A stretch of DNA of 64,000 nt, taken from assembly GCA_016786465.1 (NCBI GenBank), contig JAEUWC010000021.1, positions 13,786-77,785 of the forward strand. The letters run 5' to 3'. Source of the DNA: Bdellovibrionales bacterium (GTDB lineage Bacteria > Bdellovibrionota > UBA1018). Every line of letters starts with the position of its first letter. The stretch's first letter is position 1. Under the pieces are notes generated by a model that saw only the letters and a program-made list of their open reading frames with translations, ran no database searches and was not told the origin of the DNA. The position numbers were made by a program, and so were the translations under genes. This document shows positions 1-10,659 of the stretch, piece after piece.

Positions 1-587
1 AACATATCGGTCGTCAAGCGAAGCGCGCCGTTGGGTGGGTAAATATAATTTCCCCGCGCAATATATTCTTTCAGGACGTCGTTCTGGGTTGTTCCGCGAA
101 GTTCGGACACCTTTGCGCCTTTTTCTTCAGCGACCGCAACATAAAGCGAAAGCAGGACACTGGCAGTCGCATTGATGGTCATCGACGTAGAAACTTTCGC
201 CAGATCAATCCCCTGAAAAAGGGTTCGCATGTCGTCCAGATTCGAAATCGAAACACCGACTTTGCCGACTTCCCCTTTTGAACGGGCGTGGTCGGGATCG
301 TAACCCAATTGCGTAGGAAGATCGAACGCCACCGAAAGCCCCATCGTCCCTTGCGAAAGAAGGTAGTGGTAGCGCTTATTGGATTCTTCGGCCGTACCGA
401 ATCCCGCGTACTGGCGCATGGTCCAAAGTCGACCCCGGTACATGTCCTTTTGAACGCCTCGGGTAAACGGATATTCGCCAGGCTTTCCGACGTCTGGGCC
501 ATCGTACGAAGTGTAAAGCTGTTCCACCGGAATGCCGGATCGGGTCTCAAGAAACTTGGGTTCCGGGCTTTTCGGTGTTTTGCTCAT
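1..587 (-). CDS. Methylmalonyl-CoA mutase (large subunit / N-terminal catalytic domain), 5' part only; continues beyond the window start
   Basis: Reverse-complement translation from the ATG at 587..585 reads [27 protein letters not shown]...[44 protein letters not shown]...[17 protein letters not shown]. This contains the hallmark B12-mutase motifs ([26 protein letters not shown]-like). A GGAG SD overlaps the upstream stop. The gene is not in the ORF track because it is open at the window edge. Confidence 0.8.
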   Translation of the reverse strand, partial: MSKTPKSPEPKFLETRSGIPVEQLYTSYDGPDVGKPGEYPFTRGVQKDMYRGRLWTMRQYAGFGTAEESNKRYHYLLSQGTMGLSVAFDLPTQLGYDPDHARSKGEVGKVGVSISNLDDMRTLFQGIDLAKVSTSMTINATASVLLSLYVAVAEEKGAKVSELRGTTQNDVLKEYIARGNYIYPPNGALRLTTDM

Positions 588-592
588 CCGGG

Positions 593-1144
593 TTACTCCA
601 AAAGAAGAAGGTCGGCGCCCGATTCGACGGCCTGGTTTTCTTGAACCTTCACTTCTTTAATCGTGCCCGCCGAAGCCGCGCGGATTTCGTTTTCCATCTT
701 CATCGCTTCCATCACCAAAAGCGGTTGATCTTTTGAAACGGCTTGCCCGGCCTTAACTAAAACGCGAACGATCTTTCCAGGCATCTGCGCGCGAACACGC
801 ATCGCTTTTTTCTTCCCGCCGGATTCCGAAGCCGTGGTTTCTTCGCCGGCACGAAGGTGTTGAACCCCGGTCCAAATCGCATTGGATCCGCGTTCTGCGA
901 TCGTGAATTCCAGCCCACCTGATTCACCACGGGTTCCGTCTAGATCGTAACCGCGAACTTGATCTTCGAATTCCACCCAGATTCCATCGGCATCTTTCTT
1001 CCAACGAACGTCTTGAAGCGCGCCCCAATCTTTTTCGCCCACTTTGCGCGCGCGAACCCGGGCCAGCCCCGTCGCGCCCTTGGGAACCGTGACCCATTCC
1101 AATTCAAACGATCCGACTTTCGCAACGATACCCTGTTTCGTCAT
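593..1144 (-). CDS. Biotin carboxyl carrier (biotinyl/lipoyl) domain protein, C-terminal part of an acyl-CoA carboxylase alpha subunit encoded separately
   Basis: The C-terminus has the biotinylation motif EAMKMENEI within a ~70 aa biotinyl domain. The start ATG at 1144..1142 overlaps the TGA of the upstream biotin carboxylase (ATGA coupling). Confidence 0.7.
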   Translation of the reverse strand: MTKQGIVAKVGSFELEWVTVPKGATGLARVRARKVGEKDWGALQDVRWKKDADGIWVEFEDQVRGYDLDGTRGESGGLEFTIAERGSNAIWTGVQHLRAGEETTASESGGKKKAMRVRAQMPGKIVRVLVKAGQAVSKDQPLLVMEAMKMENEIRAASAGTIKEVKVQENQAVESGADLLLLE

Positions 1145-2703
1145 CGGCCAGCCCCCCGAAGAACGCCTTCTTCCCGAGAAACCTTCAGCCAAGTCGAACC
1201 CACCCCCTGCGCCGGTGCTGCGCTTTGGGTTTCAGATTCAGCCGTGATTTGAAAAAGGGATAGGGCAATCGCCGCACTGAGCGAAACGTCCGAAGATTCG
1301 GGGGCCGTCAGACTGGGATCTGCCGCGATCAGATCGGTCGTCGTATCGCCAGAAATCGCGCGCGATTGGCGAACCAGGCGCTTCAGAAACGAAAGGTTCG
1401 TCTTCAAAGAACCCTGGCGTTCACCTTCCAAGGTTTTGGGGGGCTCGACGCGAACTTCATCCAATGCAACGCGAAGACGCGAAACGGCTTCGTCACGATC
1501 GGCTCCCCAGACGGAAATTTTCGCGATCATCGGATCATAGAAGCGGCTGACTTCTCCGCGCTCGGTGAAAGCTGCATCGGATCTTAAGAAAGGTCCCTGC
1601 GGCATTTGAATCAGTCCCAGTTTTCCGGGTGCGGGCAAAAAATGATGAGGATCTTCAGCGTAAAAACGCACTTCGATCGAAGAACCCTGACGTTTTGGGA
1701 TTTCGGGAAGCTTCCACTGTCCCGCCGCTAAAAGAAGCTGCCAAGCGACCAGGTCCACACCGGTCACCCATTCGGTCACAGGATGTTCGACCTGAAGTCG
1801 GGTGTTCATTTCCAGGAAGTAAAAATTTCCTTTTCCATCCACGATGAATTCCAAAGTTCCTGCGCCGGCGTACTTCACATGACGAACGACCCGAAGCGCC
1901 GCTTCGAACATCGCTTCACGCGTCTTGGGGTACTTATTTAAAATCGGTGCCGGACTTTCTTCCCAAACCTTTTGGTGTCGACGCTGAATGGAACATTCGC
2001 GTTCACCCAAGTGGATCGCACCGCCTTTTCCGTCGCCAAAGACCTGGATTTCGACGTGATGAGGTTCCAAGATGAACTTTTCCAGATACATCGACCCATC
2101 GCCAAACGCGCTTAAGGCTTCGCGCGAAGCGCCTTCAAAGGCGGCTTTCAAATCCGAAGCATGGTCCACACGGCGCATGCCTTTGCCGCCACCGCCAGCC
2201 GTCGCTTTCAACAAGACTGGATACCCAAATTGATCTGCAAACTGGGCGGCTTCTTCAGCGGATTTCACCGCACCGGGGCTTCCCGGAACGCCTGAAACAT
2301 CCACTTGCGCGACCGTATTTCGCGCCGTGATCTTGTCGCCCATCAGCCGCATGCTTTCGGCAGTCGGGCCCACAAAAATCAGTCCCGCTTTTTCACAAGC
2401 TTCGACAAAGTGCGGGCGTTCGGACAAAAATCCGAAACCAGGGTGAACAAACCGCGCGCCTGTCTTCTTGGCCGCCGCGACGACTTTTTCTGCGTCTAGG
2501 TAACTTTGCTTGGGTTCCGAACCGCCGATGTAAACCGCTTGGTCGCAGATTCGCACGTGTTCTGAAAATCGATCGGCGTCTGAATAGACTGCCACCGTTC
2601 CAAACCCCAGGCGTTTTGCGGTTCGCGCGATGCGAATCGCGATTTCGCCGCGGTTTGCAATCAGGACAGAAGGCTTTTCGGAAGAAGTCTTGTTCGGCGC
2701 CAT
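1141..2703 (-). CDS. Biotin carboxylase (acetyl/propionyl-CoA carboxylase alpha subunit, BC domain plus linker)
   Basis: N-terminal KVLIANRGEIAIRI-type motif (SVLIANRGEIAIRIARTA), an ATP-grasp core and 520 aa. Sits directly downstream of a carboxyltransferase gene. Confidence 0.85.
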   Translation of the reverse strand: MAPNKTSSEKPSVLIANRGEIAIRIARTAKRLGFGTVAVYSDADRFSEHVRICDQAVYIGGSEPKQSYLDAEKVVAAAKKTGARFVHPGFGFLSERPHFVEACEKAGLIFVGPTAESMRLMGDKITARNTVAQVDVSGVPGSPGAVKSAEEAAQFADQFGYPVLLKATAGGGGKGMRRVDHASDLKAAFEGASREALSAFGDGSMYLEKFILEPHHVEIQVFGDGKGGAIHLGERECSIQRRHQKVWEESPAPILNKYPKTREAMFEAALRVVRHVKYAGAGTLEFIVDGKGNFYFLEMNTRLQVEHPVTEWVTGVDLVAWQLLLAAGQWKLPEIPKRQGSSIEVRFYAEDPHHFLPAPGKLGLIQMPQGPFLRSDAAFTERGEVSRFYDPMIAKISVWGADRDEAVSRLRVALDEVRVEPPKTLEGERQGSLKTNLSFLKRLVRQSRAISGDTTTDLIAADPSLTAPESSDVSLSAAIALSLFQITAESETQSAAPAQGVGSTWLKVSREEGVLRGAGR

Positions 2704-2705
2704 GC

Positions 2706-4280
2706 TTAAAGTGGAATGTTTCCGTGTTTTCGGTTCGGACCCTTTTCGCGCTTGGTCTGAAGCACGCGAAGACCCCGGATCAAGCGCCGACGTGTTTCTT
2801 CTGGAGCGATGACTTCGTCGATGTAACCCAATTCGGCCGCCTTATACGGATTGGCGAAGGTTTGGCGATAATGGTCGGCCAAGCGGGCTCGCTCTTCAGC
2901 AACCTTGCCCTTCTTTTCGGCATCCACCAATTCTTTGCGATAAAGAATATTGATCGCACCTTCAGGACCCATGACGGCAATTTCAGCGGATGGGTAAGCG
3001 AAGTTCAAATCCGCGCGAACGTGCTTGGATGACATGACGTCATAAGCACCGCCATAAGCTTTTCGCGTGATGACGGCTAGTTTTGGCACCGTCGCTTCGG
3101 CGTATGCATACAGAAGCTTTGCGCCGTGCTTGATGATTCCGCCGTGTTCTTGCTTGGTTCCAGGCAAAAACCCCGGAACATCGACAAAGGTCACCAAAGG
3201 GATTCCGAATGCATCACAAAAACGTACGAAACGCGCAGCCTTGGTCGACGCATTAATATCCAAGCAACCCGCAAGGTGTGCAGGTTGATTGCCGATCACG
3301 CCAACCGACATGCCCCCCATTCGCGCAAATCCCACCACAATATTTGCGGCGTATCCGGGTTGAACTTCAAAATATTCACCGTCATCCACCACATCACGAA
3401 TCAGGTCGCGCATGTCGTAGGGCTTAGCCGACGAATCAGGAAGCGTTTTTGAAATCTTCAGGCAATCGCGATCGGTTGGGTCACCATTGCCTTCGCCCAT
3501 CGATGAAACCATCGGCGCAGAATCCAGATTGTTTGACGGCAAGAAGCTCATCAGCTTGCGCACGGATTGAAGGCAGGCCTTTTCACTAGGCGCCATAAAG
3601 TGGGCGACGCCACTTTTTTCCATATGCGCTTCGGCCCCACCCAAAGCTTCTTTGGTGACTTCTTCATGAGTCACCGTCTTGATCACGTCTGGCCCAGTGA
3701 CGAACATGTACGAACTTTGGTCGACCATGAATATGAAATCGGTGATCGCAGGACTGTAGACTGCTCCGCCTGCGCATGGTCCCAAGATCACACTGATCTG
3801 CGGTATCACTCCGCTGGCCTGCGTGTTTCGCCAAAAAATTTCGGCGTACCCGCCTAGACTTTCCACACCTTCTTGAATCCGTGCGCCGCCTGAATCGTTC
3901 AGCCCAATCACAGGCATTCCCGTTTTCAAAGCCATGTCCATGACTTTGCAGATCTTCGAAGCATGCGCTGAACTTAGACTTCCGCCGAAAACGGTGAAGT
4001 CTTGAGAAAAAACGGCAACCGAACGACCGCCGATAGTTCCGTATCCGGTCACGACCCCGTCGCCCAAAAATTTCTGATCGGACATTTCAAAGTCCGTGCA
4101 CCGATGGGTGACGAACTTGTCCATTTCGACGAAACTTCCCGGATCCAGAAGAAGCCCGATCCGTTCGCGCGCCGTCAATTTTCCGGCCGCGTGTTGTTTT
4201 GCAATTCGTTCCTCGCCCCCGCCTAGCTCGGCCAGTTTCTCCCGGCGAGCCAATTCCTGAAGCTGATCCAGATATGGCAT
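2706..4280 (-). CDS. pccB: Propionyl-CoA carboxylase beta subunit / methylmalonyl-CoA carboxyltransferase
   Basis: 524 aa carboxyltransferase with GGARIQEG and the two crotonase-like CT halves. Lies 2 nt upstream of the BC gene. Confidence 0.85.
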   Translation of the reverse strand: MPYLDQLQELARREKLAELGGGEERIAKQHAAGKLTARERIGLLLDPGSFVEMDKFVTHRCTDFEMSDQKFLGDGVVTGYGTIGGRSVAVFSQDFTVFGGSLSSAHASKICKVMDMALKTGMPVIGLNDSGGARIQEGVESLGGYAEIFWRNTQASGVIPQISVILGPCAGGAVYSPAITDFIFMVDQSSYMFVTGPDVIKTVTHEEVTKEALGGAEAHMEKSGVAHFMAPSEKACLQSVRKLMSFLPSNNLDSAPMVSSMGEGNGDPTDRDCLKISKTLPDSSAKPYDMRDLIRDVVDDGEYFEVQPGYAANIVVGFARMGGMSVGVIGNQPAHLAGCLDINASTKAARFVRFCDAFGIPLVTFVDVPGFLPGTKQEHGGIIKHGAKLLYAYAEATVPKLAVITRKAYGGAYDVMSSKHVRADLNFAYPSAEIAVMGPEGAINILYRKELVDAEKKGKVAEERARLADHYRQTFANPYKAAELGYIDEVIAPEETRRRLIRGLRVLQTKREKGPNRKHGNIPL

Positions 4281-4361
4281 AGGTTCATTGCATACACTCC
4301 CAGCACACCGGTGTCATAAAGAACTTTCATTAACGCAATGTGTCGATATAGAATTGAAGGG

Positions 4362-5024
4362 ATGTTCTTGTTGAACAAAACCCAGAAACTTTTACCTCTT
4401 TTGGTACTTCTAGGAATCGCGCTCCCAGACCGGGTTCGCGCGGACGGACGGATCCTTTGGGAATTCGGCGCAGGGCTTAGCTTTCAGAATACAGCGTCCC
4501 CTTTTTACAACACCACGCAACCGAATTTGGACATGGGAACCGCCATGGTGTCTTCGGTTCTTTTTCAACTGACCCGCCCGTATTCGCGCCTTCGCATTTT
4601 CTTTGGCCCCAGCATTCGATACGGCACGGGGTCAGACGCCACCAACTATTTCGGAATGACGAATGCGCACTTAATGCTGCGTTTTGCTTTGCCCGGACTT
4701 TACCTGGGCGCCGGCTACGCTCCTTGGGTTTATCGGCGCGACAGCACCGCACAGGGGTTGACCGGGTTTCAGAAAGTCGCCGGCGTTTCGGCGTACATGG
4801 CTGAAGCCGGAATCGAAGTCATTGTAAATCCTGAAGCGTCGTTAGGCATCGCTGCCAGCATTCAAGCAGTCAATAACGGCGGACTGCAAAGCCCAAAGTA
4901 CGCGATCGACGGAACGGCGTATGTCAGAATTTATTTTATGGCGACCCGGGACACGGGTTCCGATTCCGAAGACTTCAGCGGTGGCTGGCGCTATCCGTTT
5001 GGTCTTGAAAAGAAGAAATACTGA
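4362..5024 (+). CDS. Hypothetical exported protein (signal peptide), possible outer-membrane protein
   Basis: MFLLNKTQKLLPLLVLLGIALP signal-like N-terminus and a GAAGGG SD. No recognisable catalytic motif. Confidence 0.45.
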   Translation: MFLLNKTQKLLPLLVLLGIALPDRVRADGRILWEFGAGLSFQNTASPFYNTTQPNLDMGTAMVSSVLFQLTRPYSRLRIFFGPSIRYGTGSDATNYFGMTNAHLMLRFALPGLYLGAGYAPWVYRRDSTAQGLTGFQKVAGVSAYMAEAGIEVIVNPEASLGIAASIQAVNNGGLQSPKYAIDGTAYVRIYFMATRDTGSDSEDFSGGWRYPFGLEKKKY

Positions 5025-6179
5025 TCACTCGACGCCAGTGATCGTATGAAAGTGGACGGTCCTTGGAGCGTCCCCCACATCGACCGACTGCCCGGTTGAC
5101 GTCAGACTTCCGGTGGATGAATCAATAGTGAACAAGCCCAAGATTTTTTCACCCGCAAATGCGACCGCAAGCGCCGATCCCGTAGTTGGTTCAACCGCAA
5201 GACCATAGGGCTGTGTATTCGATCCATAACTGAACGGAGACCCCGAAACGGCCGTAAGATTTCCCGTGGATGAATTCACGCTCAAGACTGAAATATTGTT
5301 TGAAGTGTTGTTCGAAACGAAAAGAAAAGTACCTGTTGGGTTCCCCACCATTCGAACGGGCCCCGTCCCCCCTGGAGTAAAGGTCGCCGGAGTCGTCGCA
5401 GTCAACTGGCCTGTTGACGAATTGATCGTGAAGCCCGAAATCGACCCGGCGGTTTCGTTCAAGACATGCAGAAACCGACCCTGCGGATCCATGACTAACG
5501 ATCGTGACCCCGCTGCCGCAGCGTAAGTGCCCACCAAGGTCAGGTCGCCGGTTGATGAACTGATAGAAAAGGCCGTGACATTGTTGGAACCAAAATTGGA
5601 AACATAAAGGTAAGAACCCGACGGGTCGATCACGGCCATCGCTGGATTGACACCAGCGGGTCTGGCACCCACGGTTGAAATCGCACCGGACGATGAATCA
5701 ATTGACCGAATTGAAACGTTGTTTCCAGCTTGGTTGTAGTTTGGAACATAGACGTAATTGGACGTCGGATGAATCGCGATCCCCGACGCCCCCGCGCCTG
5801 TCGAATACGCAAAAGTCGGACTGATTGCCGATAATGCCCCCGCATATTCCGACTGAAGGTCTGAAATCGAATAGACCGAAATATTCCCAGAAATGAAGTT
5901 CGCAGACAGCAGAAAGGGAAGCCCTGACCTTGATGTCAGAAAGTTGGGATTTGAAGTGCCGCCACCTGTCGCAGTGGTGGTTGCGGCACGTGATAATGTT
6001 CCGTCTTCAAGCCGAAACACAGAAACCGTGCTTGAACTGTAGTTCCCCACATAAACGTAAGATTCCGTTTTTTGCTGACCGATCAATGCAAACCCGTCCG
6101 CCACACCACAGGAACTGATCCATGGAAAAATCGGCAAGAGCGCTAGCAGATATCGATTCATTCTTCTTCTTTCCATCAA
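5025..6179 (-). CDS. Lipoprotein with beta-propeller (lactonase/YVTN-type) repeats
   Basis: Lipobox ISSC after a signal peptide. Repeated ~45 aa units with YVYV.N/YLYVSN/FLHVLN/FLFVSN, S/T/G-rich. Confidence 0.6.
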   Translation of the reverse strand: MMERRRMNRYLLALLPIFPWISSCGVADGFALIGQQKTESYVYVGNYSSSTVSVFRLEDGTLSRAATTTATGGGTSNPNFLTSRSGLPFLLSANFISGNISVYSISDLQSEYAGALSAISPTFAYSTGAGASGIAIHPTSNYVYVPNYNQAGNNVSIRSIDSSSGAISTVGARPAGVNPAMAVIDPSGSYLYVSNFGSNNVTAFSISSSTGDLTLVGTYAAAAGSRSLVMDPQGRFLHVLNETAGSISGFTINSSTGQLTATTPATFTPGGTGPVRMVGNPTGTFLFVSNNTSNNISVLSVNSSTGNLTAVSGSPFSYGSNTQPYGLAVEPTTGSALAVAFAGEKILGLFTIDSSTGSLTSTGQSVDVGDAPRTVHFHTITGVE

Positions 6180-6763
6180 AACGGGTACGTCAACCCCAGT
6201 CCATAGTTAGTCAGCACCACAGGAATCTGTGTCGAAGTCGGCGTTCCATCCAGCGCCTGATTCGAAAATTTTACGGATTCATAGTACAAGACCGGCTTAA
6301 ACTTGAACTTCCATCCAATCATCATTTCGGCGCGAAAACCCGATGCTTTTTGGTAGGACAGCTTTTGTCCTGTAGCCGTCGTGTTCTGCATCGTATAGCT
6401 ACCCAAGATGTGAAGAATCCCTTTCACAGAAATCATTTTGTATTCGAAACCTAGTAGCGGCGAAACATAGGTCAGCGAACCGCCGCGTCGGTTTCCCACG
6501 GTGGGATCGTAATCCGAAAACTGGGTCACGAATCGATAGTCCACACTCATTCCCACCAGAAATTTGGACTTGATTCGAATTCCAAGCGTTGTTCCGATAT
6601 TCGTTGCTCCGACCGAAGTTTGCGACGTGTCGGCGGTCGAAACTGAACTTCCGTAGCCGGCAAGCAAGTGCGGATGAAACCACGCCACTTTCTTGGCCTG
6701 CTGCGCGGATGCAGGGGCTGCGATCAGGATCCCAAAGATCAGTATTAAAAAACTTCGAACCAT
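6176..6763 (-). CDS. Outer-membrane beta-barrel protein
   Basis: Signal peptide MVRSFLILIFGILIAAPASA. Alternating amphipathic strands and a C-terminal ...GLTYPF aromatic terminus typical of OMPs. Confidence 0.55.
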   Translation of the reverse strand: MVRSFLILIFGILIAAPASAQQAKKVAWFHPHLLAGYGSSVSTADTSQTSVGATNIGTTLGIRIKSKFLVGMSVDYRFVTQFSDYDPTVGNRRGGSLTYVSPLLGFEYKMISVKGILHILGSYTMQNTTATGQKLSYQKASGFRAEMMIGWKFKFKPVLYYESVKFSNQALDGTPTSTQIPVVLTNYGLGLTYPF

Positions 6764-6773
6764 TTTTACCCCG

Positions 6774-8180
6774 TTAATACGTGATTGCGATGATGTCTGG
6801 ACCCACACCGATCGAAGACGTCACCGCTCCTGATAAAAGCCCTGTACCTAAATCCCGACTAAACACCGTGACCGAAGTTCCCGTTCTGTTGGCAGTCACC
6901 ACCAAATTTCCCAAAGACTGGATTCGAACGTCGTTTGGCCCACCACCCGTCGCCCAGTTTCCAAGCGCCGTCAAAGTCCCGTTGGATGGATTGATTGTAT
7001 AGCCGTAAACACGATTTGCTGAATAGGCCGTGATGTATAAGTGCGACCCACTGGGGTCCGTGATGACGCCTGATCCGCTAGACGCGTTGGCCCCGTGGTT
7101 TTCAACGTCGATTTCAGTCAGTGTGCCGTCACTTGAATTCACTGAAAACGCCACTGCGTACCCAGGATTCGAAGCCCCAGCTGCATAGACGTACTGCCCC
7201 GATGGGTGAACGCAGATTCCGTCTGGGCTTGTGGCCACCGAAGTCGCCAAGGTCTGAGGATTCGATAGCGAAAACGACGGTGAAGTATTCACCACGTACT
7301 TGGTCACGCTTGAACTGCCGTTGTCCGCGCTGAAAACAAAGCGACCCAGTGGATCAGCAGCGACCAAACTGACCAGCGATCCAGCAGTATAGTCCGCAAG
7401 CCAAGTCAGTGCACCCGTCACGCTATCCATGCTGTAAGCTTGAATTCTTCCGGTGGCTTCATAAACGCCAGTAAACGCATAGCCCCCGACCGGGCTCACT
7501 GCGATACCCGCAAGCTGCCGGTTGTTCGCCGTGACTTGATTCACGAAGGTTAGATTTCCGGTCGCGTGATCGATGGAAAACCAGTGGACTCGTTTTCCGG
7601 TACCCGAATTGTTGTAGCAAGCGACGTAGACAAACTGGTTGGTTGGATCCACGTCCACTCCATAGGGGTAATCGCAGGTGGCCAAAAAAGGCGTGGTCGT
7701 TGCCGAAACCGCCTTAGTTCCAGAATCGACGACAAAAGAATAGATCCGATCCGTCGATCCCGCAGTGGCGTAAAGGAATGCGTTGTACTTGAATCCGTTC
7801 ACCAGGGTACCCGTCTGACCATCGGGATTCGTTGCAACCACATCCACCACTGCCGCCCCGTGATACGAAATCACGCAGGTCAAGCTGGTCGAACTGACAA
7901 AGGAAACAGATCCGCAAGTCGATCCACCCAATGAAACCGTGGTCGAAGAAGTAAAATTCGTTCCGGTCAAAGTGACCGTGGCGCCGCCGCGAACACCATA
8001 ACTGGAAGGACTGATATTGGTCACCGTGGGAGCAGGCCCAAGATCTTCGACGACCGTTTTGCGCGTCGGCATAGTCTGGCTCTTAAGATTGCAACCGGTT
8101 GCAAAACTTAAGGTCATCGCCAAGCTCACTAGTGCGAATGAACGACTGAAAAAGATGCGCACACGCCTTCCCTTCCCCAA
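6774..8180 (-). CDS. Lipoprotein with N-terminal IPT/TIG-like domain plus beta-propeller repeats (paralog of 5025..6179)
   Basis: Lipobox ATGC. TVTLTGTNFTSSTTVSLGGSTCGSV is IPT-like, followed by YVAC/YVYAAG/LYITAY propeller blades. Confidence 0.6.
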   Translation of the reverse strand: MGKGRRVRIFFSRSFALVSLAMTLSFATGCNLKSQTMPTRKTVVEDLGPAPTVTNISPSSYGVRGGATVTLTGTNFTSSTTVSLGGSTCGSVSFVSSTSLTCVISYHGAAVVDVVATNPDGQTGTLVNGFKYNAFLYATAGSTDRIYSFVVDSGTKAVSATTTPFLATCDYPYGVDVDPTNQFVYVACYNNSGTGKRVHWFSIDHATGNLTFVNQVTANNRQLAGIAVSPVGGYAFTGVYEATGRIQAYSMDSVTGALTWLADYTAGSLVSLVAADPLGRFVFSADNGSSSVTKYVVNTSPSFSLSNPQTLATSVATSPDGICVHPSGQYVYAAGASNPGYAVAFSVNSSDGTLTEIDVENHGANASSGSGVITDPSGSHLYITAYSANRVYGYTINPSNGTLTALGNWATGGGPNDVRIQSLGNLVVTANRTGTSVTVFSRDLGTGLLSGAVTSSIGVGPDIIAITY

Positions 8181-8295
8181 ACTTCATTTTACATGGGAAT
8201 TGGTGCGCCGACAGCGACAATTTTCAGCAAATATTAAGGTCGGATGTCATTGATTTGACGGAAAAATTCAATGGCACCCGTTTAAAAAATGAAGA

Positions 8296-9876
8296 TTAAG
8301 CGGCTTCTTCGCCCGACCGAGCTAGCTTGCGCTTATCCAATCCGTATTTTTCGACCTTCATGATCAGACCCGCTCTGGAAATTCCAAGCTCTTTTGCAAG
8401 CCGGCTTTTATTCCAGTTGGTCCGCTTCAAGCCTTCACGGATCATCGTCTTTTCAAGTTCTTCCAAAGCATCCTTCAGTTTGCCTGCAACGCGAACGCCC
8501 TGAACCTTTGTTGCTTCACCGAACTCGCGAATTCTTGGCGAAAGAAGTTCGGCTGCGACTTTGTCTTCATCACCCGAAAGAACAATCAGACGTTCGATTT
8601 CGTTCTGAAGTTCGCGGATGTTACCTGGCCATGGATAATCCAGGATCTTTTCCATCGCGCGTTTTGCCAGAATCTTTGGCTTCACCTTTTTTTCCTTACA
8701 ACCTTCGGCGACGAAGTGATCGACCAAGATCGGAATGTCTTCTTTGCGGTTACGCAGCGAAGGCACGACCAAGTTGATGACGTTGATGCGGTAATAAAGA
8801 TCTTCACGGAACTGACCTTGTTCGATCATTTCTTTCAGATCTTTGTTGGTTGCAGCGACCACCCGCACGTCGACTTTGATCTGTCCCGTTCCACCGACAG
8901 GAAGAAGCGTTCCTTCTTGAAGAACGCGAAGCAGCTTCACCTGCATCGTCAGCGTCATATCGCCGATTTCATCCAAAAACAGGGTTCCCTTGTTTGCGGC
9001 TTCGAAAAGACCCTTCTTGTCCTTGATCGCGCCCGTAAACGCGCCCTTCACGTGACCGAAAAGTTCGCTATCCAGCAAGTTTTCGTTGAACGCCGAACAG
9101 TTCACGGTGACGAATGGCAGGTCTTTTCGCGCAGAATTATAGTGAATTGCGCGCGCAATCAATTCCTTACCGGTTCCGTTTTCACCTTGGACCAGAACCG
9201 TCGAATCCGAATTCTTGATCTTGTCCAACATCCCGTAAAGTTCTTGCATCGGCTTCGACTTACCGATCATTTGGTCATAGCGATAGCGATGACCCAATTC
9301 CGTATTCAATGCCGTGATGCGCTCTTCGCGCTTTGAAATTTCCGTGTGGAAAGTCACGATTTCCTGCGCGACCAGATCGACCAGCTCGTAGAAGTACTTG
9401 CGCTCTCCACCGCTCAAAACTTTCAATTTACCCAAGGCAGCTGCGAAAGCTTCGCCGTCCAGCCCCAACGCTTCGATCTTTGCGATCGCTTTTGCACGAG
9501 CGTCAGCAGGGATATCTTTTTCGATGATCGAATAAGCGATCACGCTTCCAAAAAAATCGTTTCCAATGGCGATCCTGGAAACGACGACTTGCTCGGCGCC
9601 GCTCGGACCAGGGATGACCAAATGCGCTTGGTCGCTTCCGAAAATCTTTTCATTCGCTTCTTTCATGAAGTTCAAGATCAGTTCACGGCCCTTTTCTTTT
9701 GGAAGCAAGGTTGCCGAAATAGGGTTCTTGAATTCGCGCTGGCGATCTAATGGATCGAAGTTGCGAACCTGTCCGCGTTCATCGACAAAAAAGATTTCAG
9801 TGCTAAACCACTGAGCCAGAATCTCTTCTAGTTTACGAATGACGTGAATGTGCTTCAGCTCTTCCCAATTGATCAT
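8296..9876 (-). CDS. Sigma-54-dependent transcriptional activator (AAA+ EBP with Fis-type HTH) and a non-receiver N-terminal sensory domain
   Basis: Walker [16 protein letters not shown] (GAFTGA-region), C-terminal [19 protein letters not shown]. The ~200 aa N-terminal domain is not a REC domain. Confidence 0.85.
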   Translation of the reverse strand: MINWEELKHIHVIRKLEEILAQWFSTEIFFVDERGQVRNFDPLDRQREFKNPISATLLPKEKGRELILNFMKEANEKIFGSDQAHLVIPGPSGAEQVVVSRIAIGNDFFGSVIAYSIIEKDIPADARAKAIAKIEALGLDGEAFAAALGKLKVLSGGERKYFYELVDLVAQEIVTFHTEISKREERITALNTELGHRYRYDQMIGKSKPMQELYGMLDKIKNSDSTVLVQGENGTGKELIARAIHYNSARKDLPFVTVNCSAFNENLLDSELFGHVKGAFTGAIKDKKGLFEAANKGTLFLDEIGDMTLTMQVKLLRVLQEGTLLPVGGTGQIKVDVRVVAATNKDLKEMIEQGQFREDLYYRINVINLVVPSLRNRKEDIPILVDHFVAEGCKEKKVKPKILAKRAMEKILDYPWPGNIRELQNEIERLIVLSGDEDKVAAELLSPRIREFGEATKVQGVRVAGKLKDALEELEKTMIREGLKRTNWNKSRLAKELGISRAGLIMKVEKYGLDKRKLARSGEEAA

Positions 9877-10020
9877 AAGTGCGTCTCCAAGAAGCTCTTC
9901 GGCAGTTTCTGACCAATAGTTAAGCAGTGCTTGCTATTTTTTTGACAACCCTGCGTAAATCATTTGGGCATCAATAGGTTGTACACTTTTACCAGCGCGC
10001 TAATTGTTAAGACCCTGATA

Positions 10021-10578
10021 TTATTGGCGACGGCCTTCAACCGCGTTGGCCACCTGGGTGAAAAGTTCGGACATTGCCGATGATCCCCATTCTTGGGGGC
10101 CAACCCATTTCGAAAGGATGCGCCGATCCGGCGCAATCAAATAGGTTTCGGGAAACTGAAAGGACCCAAAAAGTTCCGGCACCCGGCTTTCCGAATCCAG
10201 CACAGACACCACGTTTTTAGGCGTTTTTTCTGGTTTTAGGAATTCTTCAGCTTTCGCCCAGGACTTGTCTAGGCTGACTGCAACAAAACGAATCGGACGC
10301 CCTTCAAAGCGCCGCGCCATTTCAACCCATTCAGGAAGTTCTTCCAGACAGGGCGCACACCAAGTTGCCCAAAAGTGAAGCACGACGATTTCGCCCTTTG
10401 AACTGTCTAAGGAATAGATAGTGCCGTCTTTTCGGGGAAGCTTGAACGAAGGCGCGTCGATCAATCGCAATTTGCCCGACTGTTCTTGATCCCTGAAAAA
10501 GAAGACGCCTGCAACCAACAGGATACCAAGAACCAGAATCGCCATTTTTTTGGCGTTTTTTCGCAGAAAAACGTTCAT
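10021..10578 (-). CDS. TlpA/ResA-like thiol:disulfide oxidoreductase (thioredoxin fold, membrane-anchored)
   Basis: N-terminal TM helix and a WATWCAPCLEE CxxC motif. Confidence 0.75.
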   Translation of the reverse strand: MNVFLRKNAKKMAILVLGILLVAGVFFFRDQEQSGKLRLIDAPSFKLPRKDGTIYSLDSSKGEIVVLHFWATWCAPCLEELPEWVEMARRFEGRPIRFVAVSLDKSWAKAEEFLKPEKTPKNVVSVLDSESRVPELFGSFQFPETYLIAPDRRILSKWVGPQEWGSSAMSELFTQVANAVEGRRQ

Positions 10579-10610
10579 GAAGCCCTAAATTACCGACCAA
10601 AACCCTCGAG

Positions 10611-10640
10611 TTGCAAGGCCTTTTCTATTTCCGCTATACT
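10611..10640 (+). promoter_or_regulatory. Sigma-70-type promoter TTGCAA-N18-TATACT upstream of the HNH-sigma-anti-sigma operon
   Basis: TTGCAA at 10611-10616 and TATACT at 10635-10640, then a GGGAGGAAG SD and the ATG at 10660. Confidence 0.5.
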
Positions 10641-10659
10641 CAATGAAGGGAGGAAGATC

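Noticed and set aside
179-550. Listed 123-aa ORF (and 288..644 plus-strand ORF)
   Set aside because: Out-of-frame or antisense shadow of the methylmalonyl-CoA mutase coding sequence that I translated by hand. No independent coding signal.
9877-10020. Checked all intergenic regions over 60 nt for tRNA/ncRNA cloverleaf-like sequences
   Set aside because: No acceptor-stem/TpsiC patterns seen. No rRNA segments.
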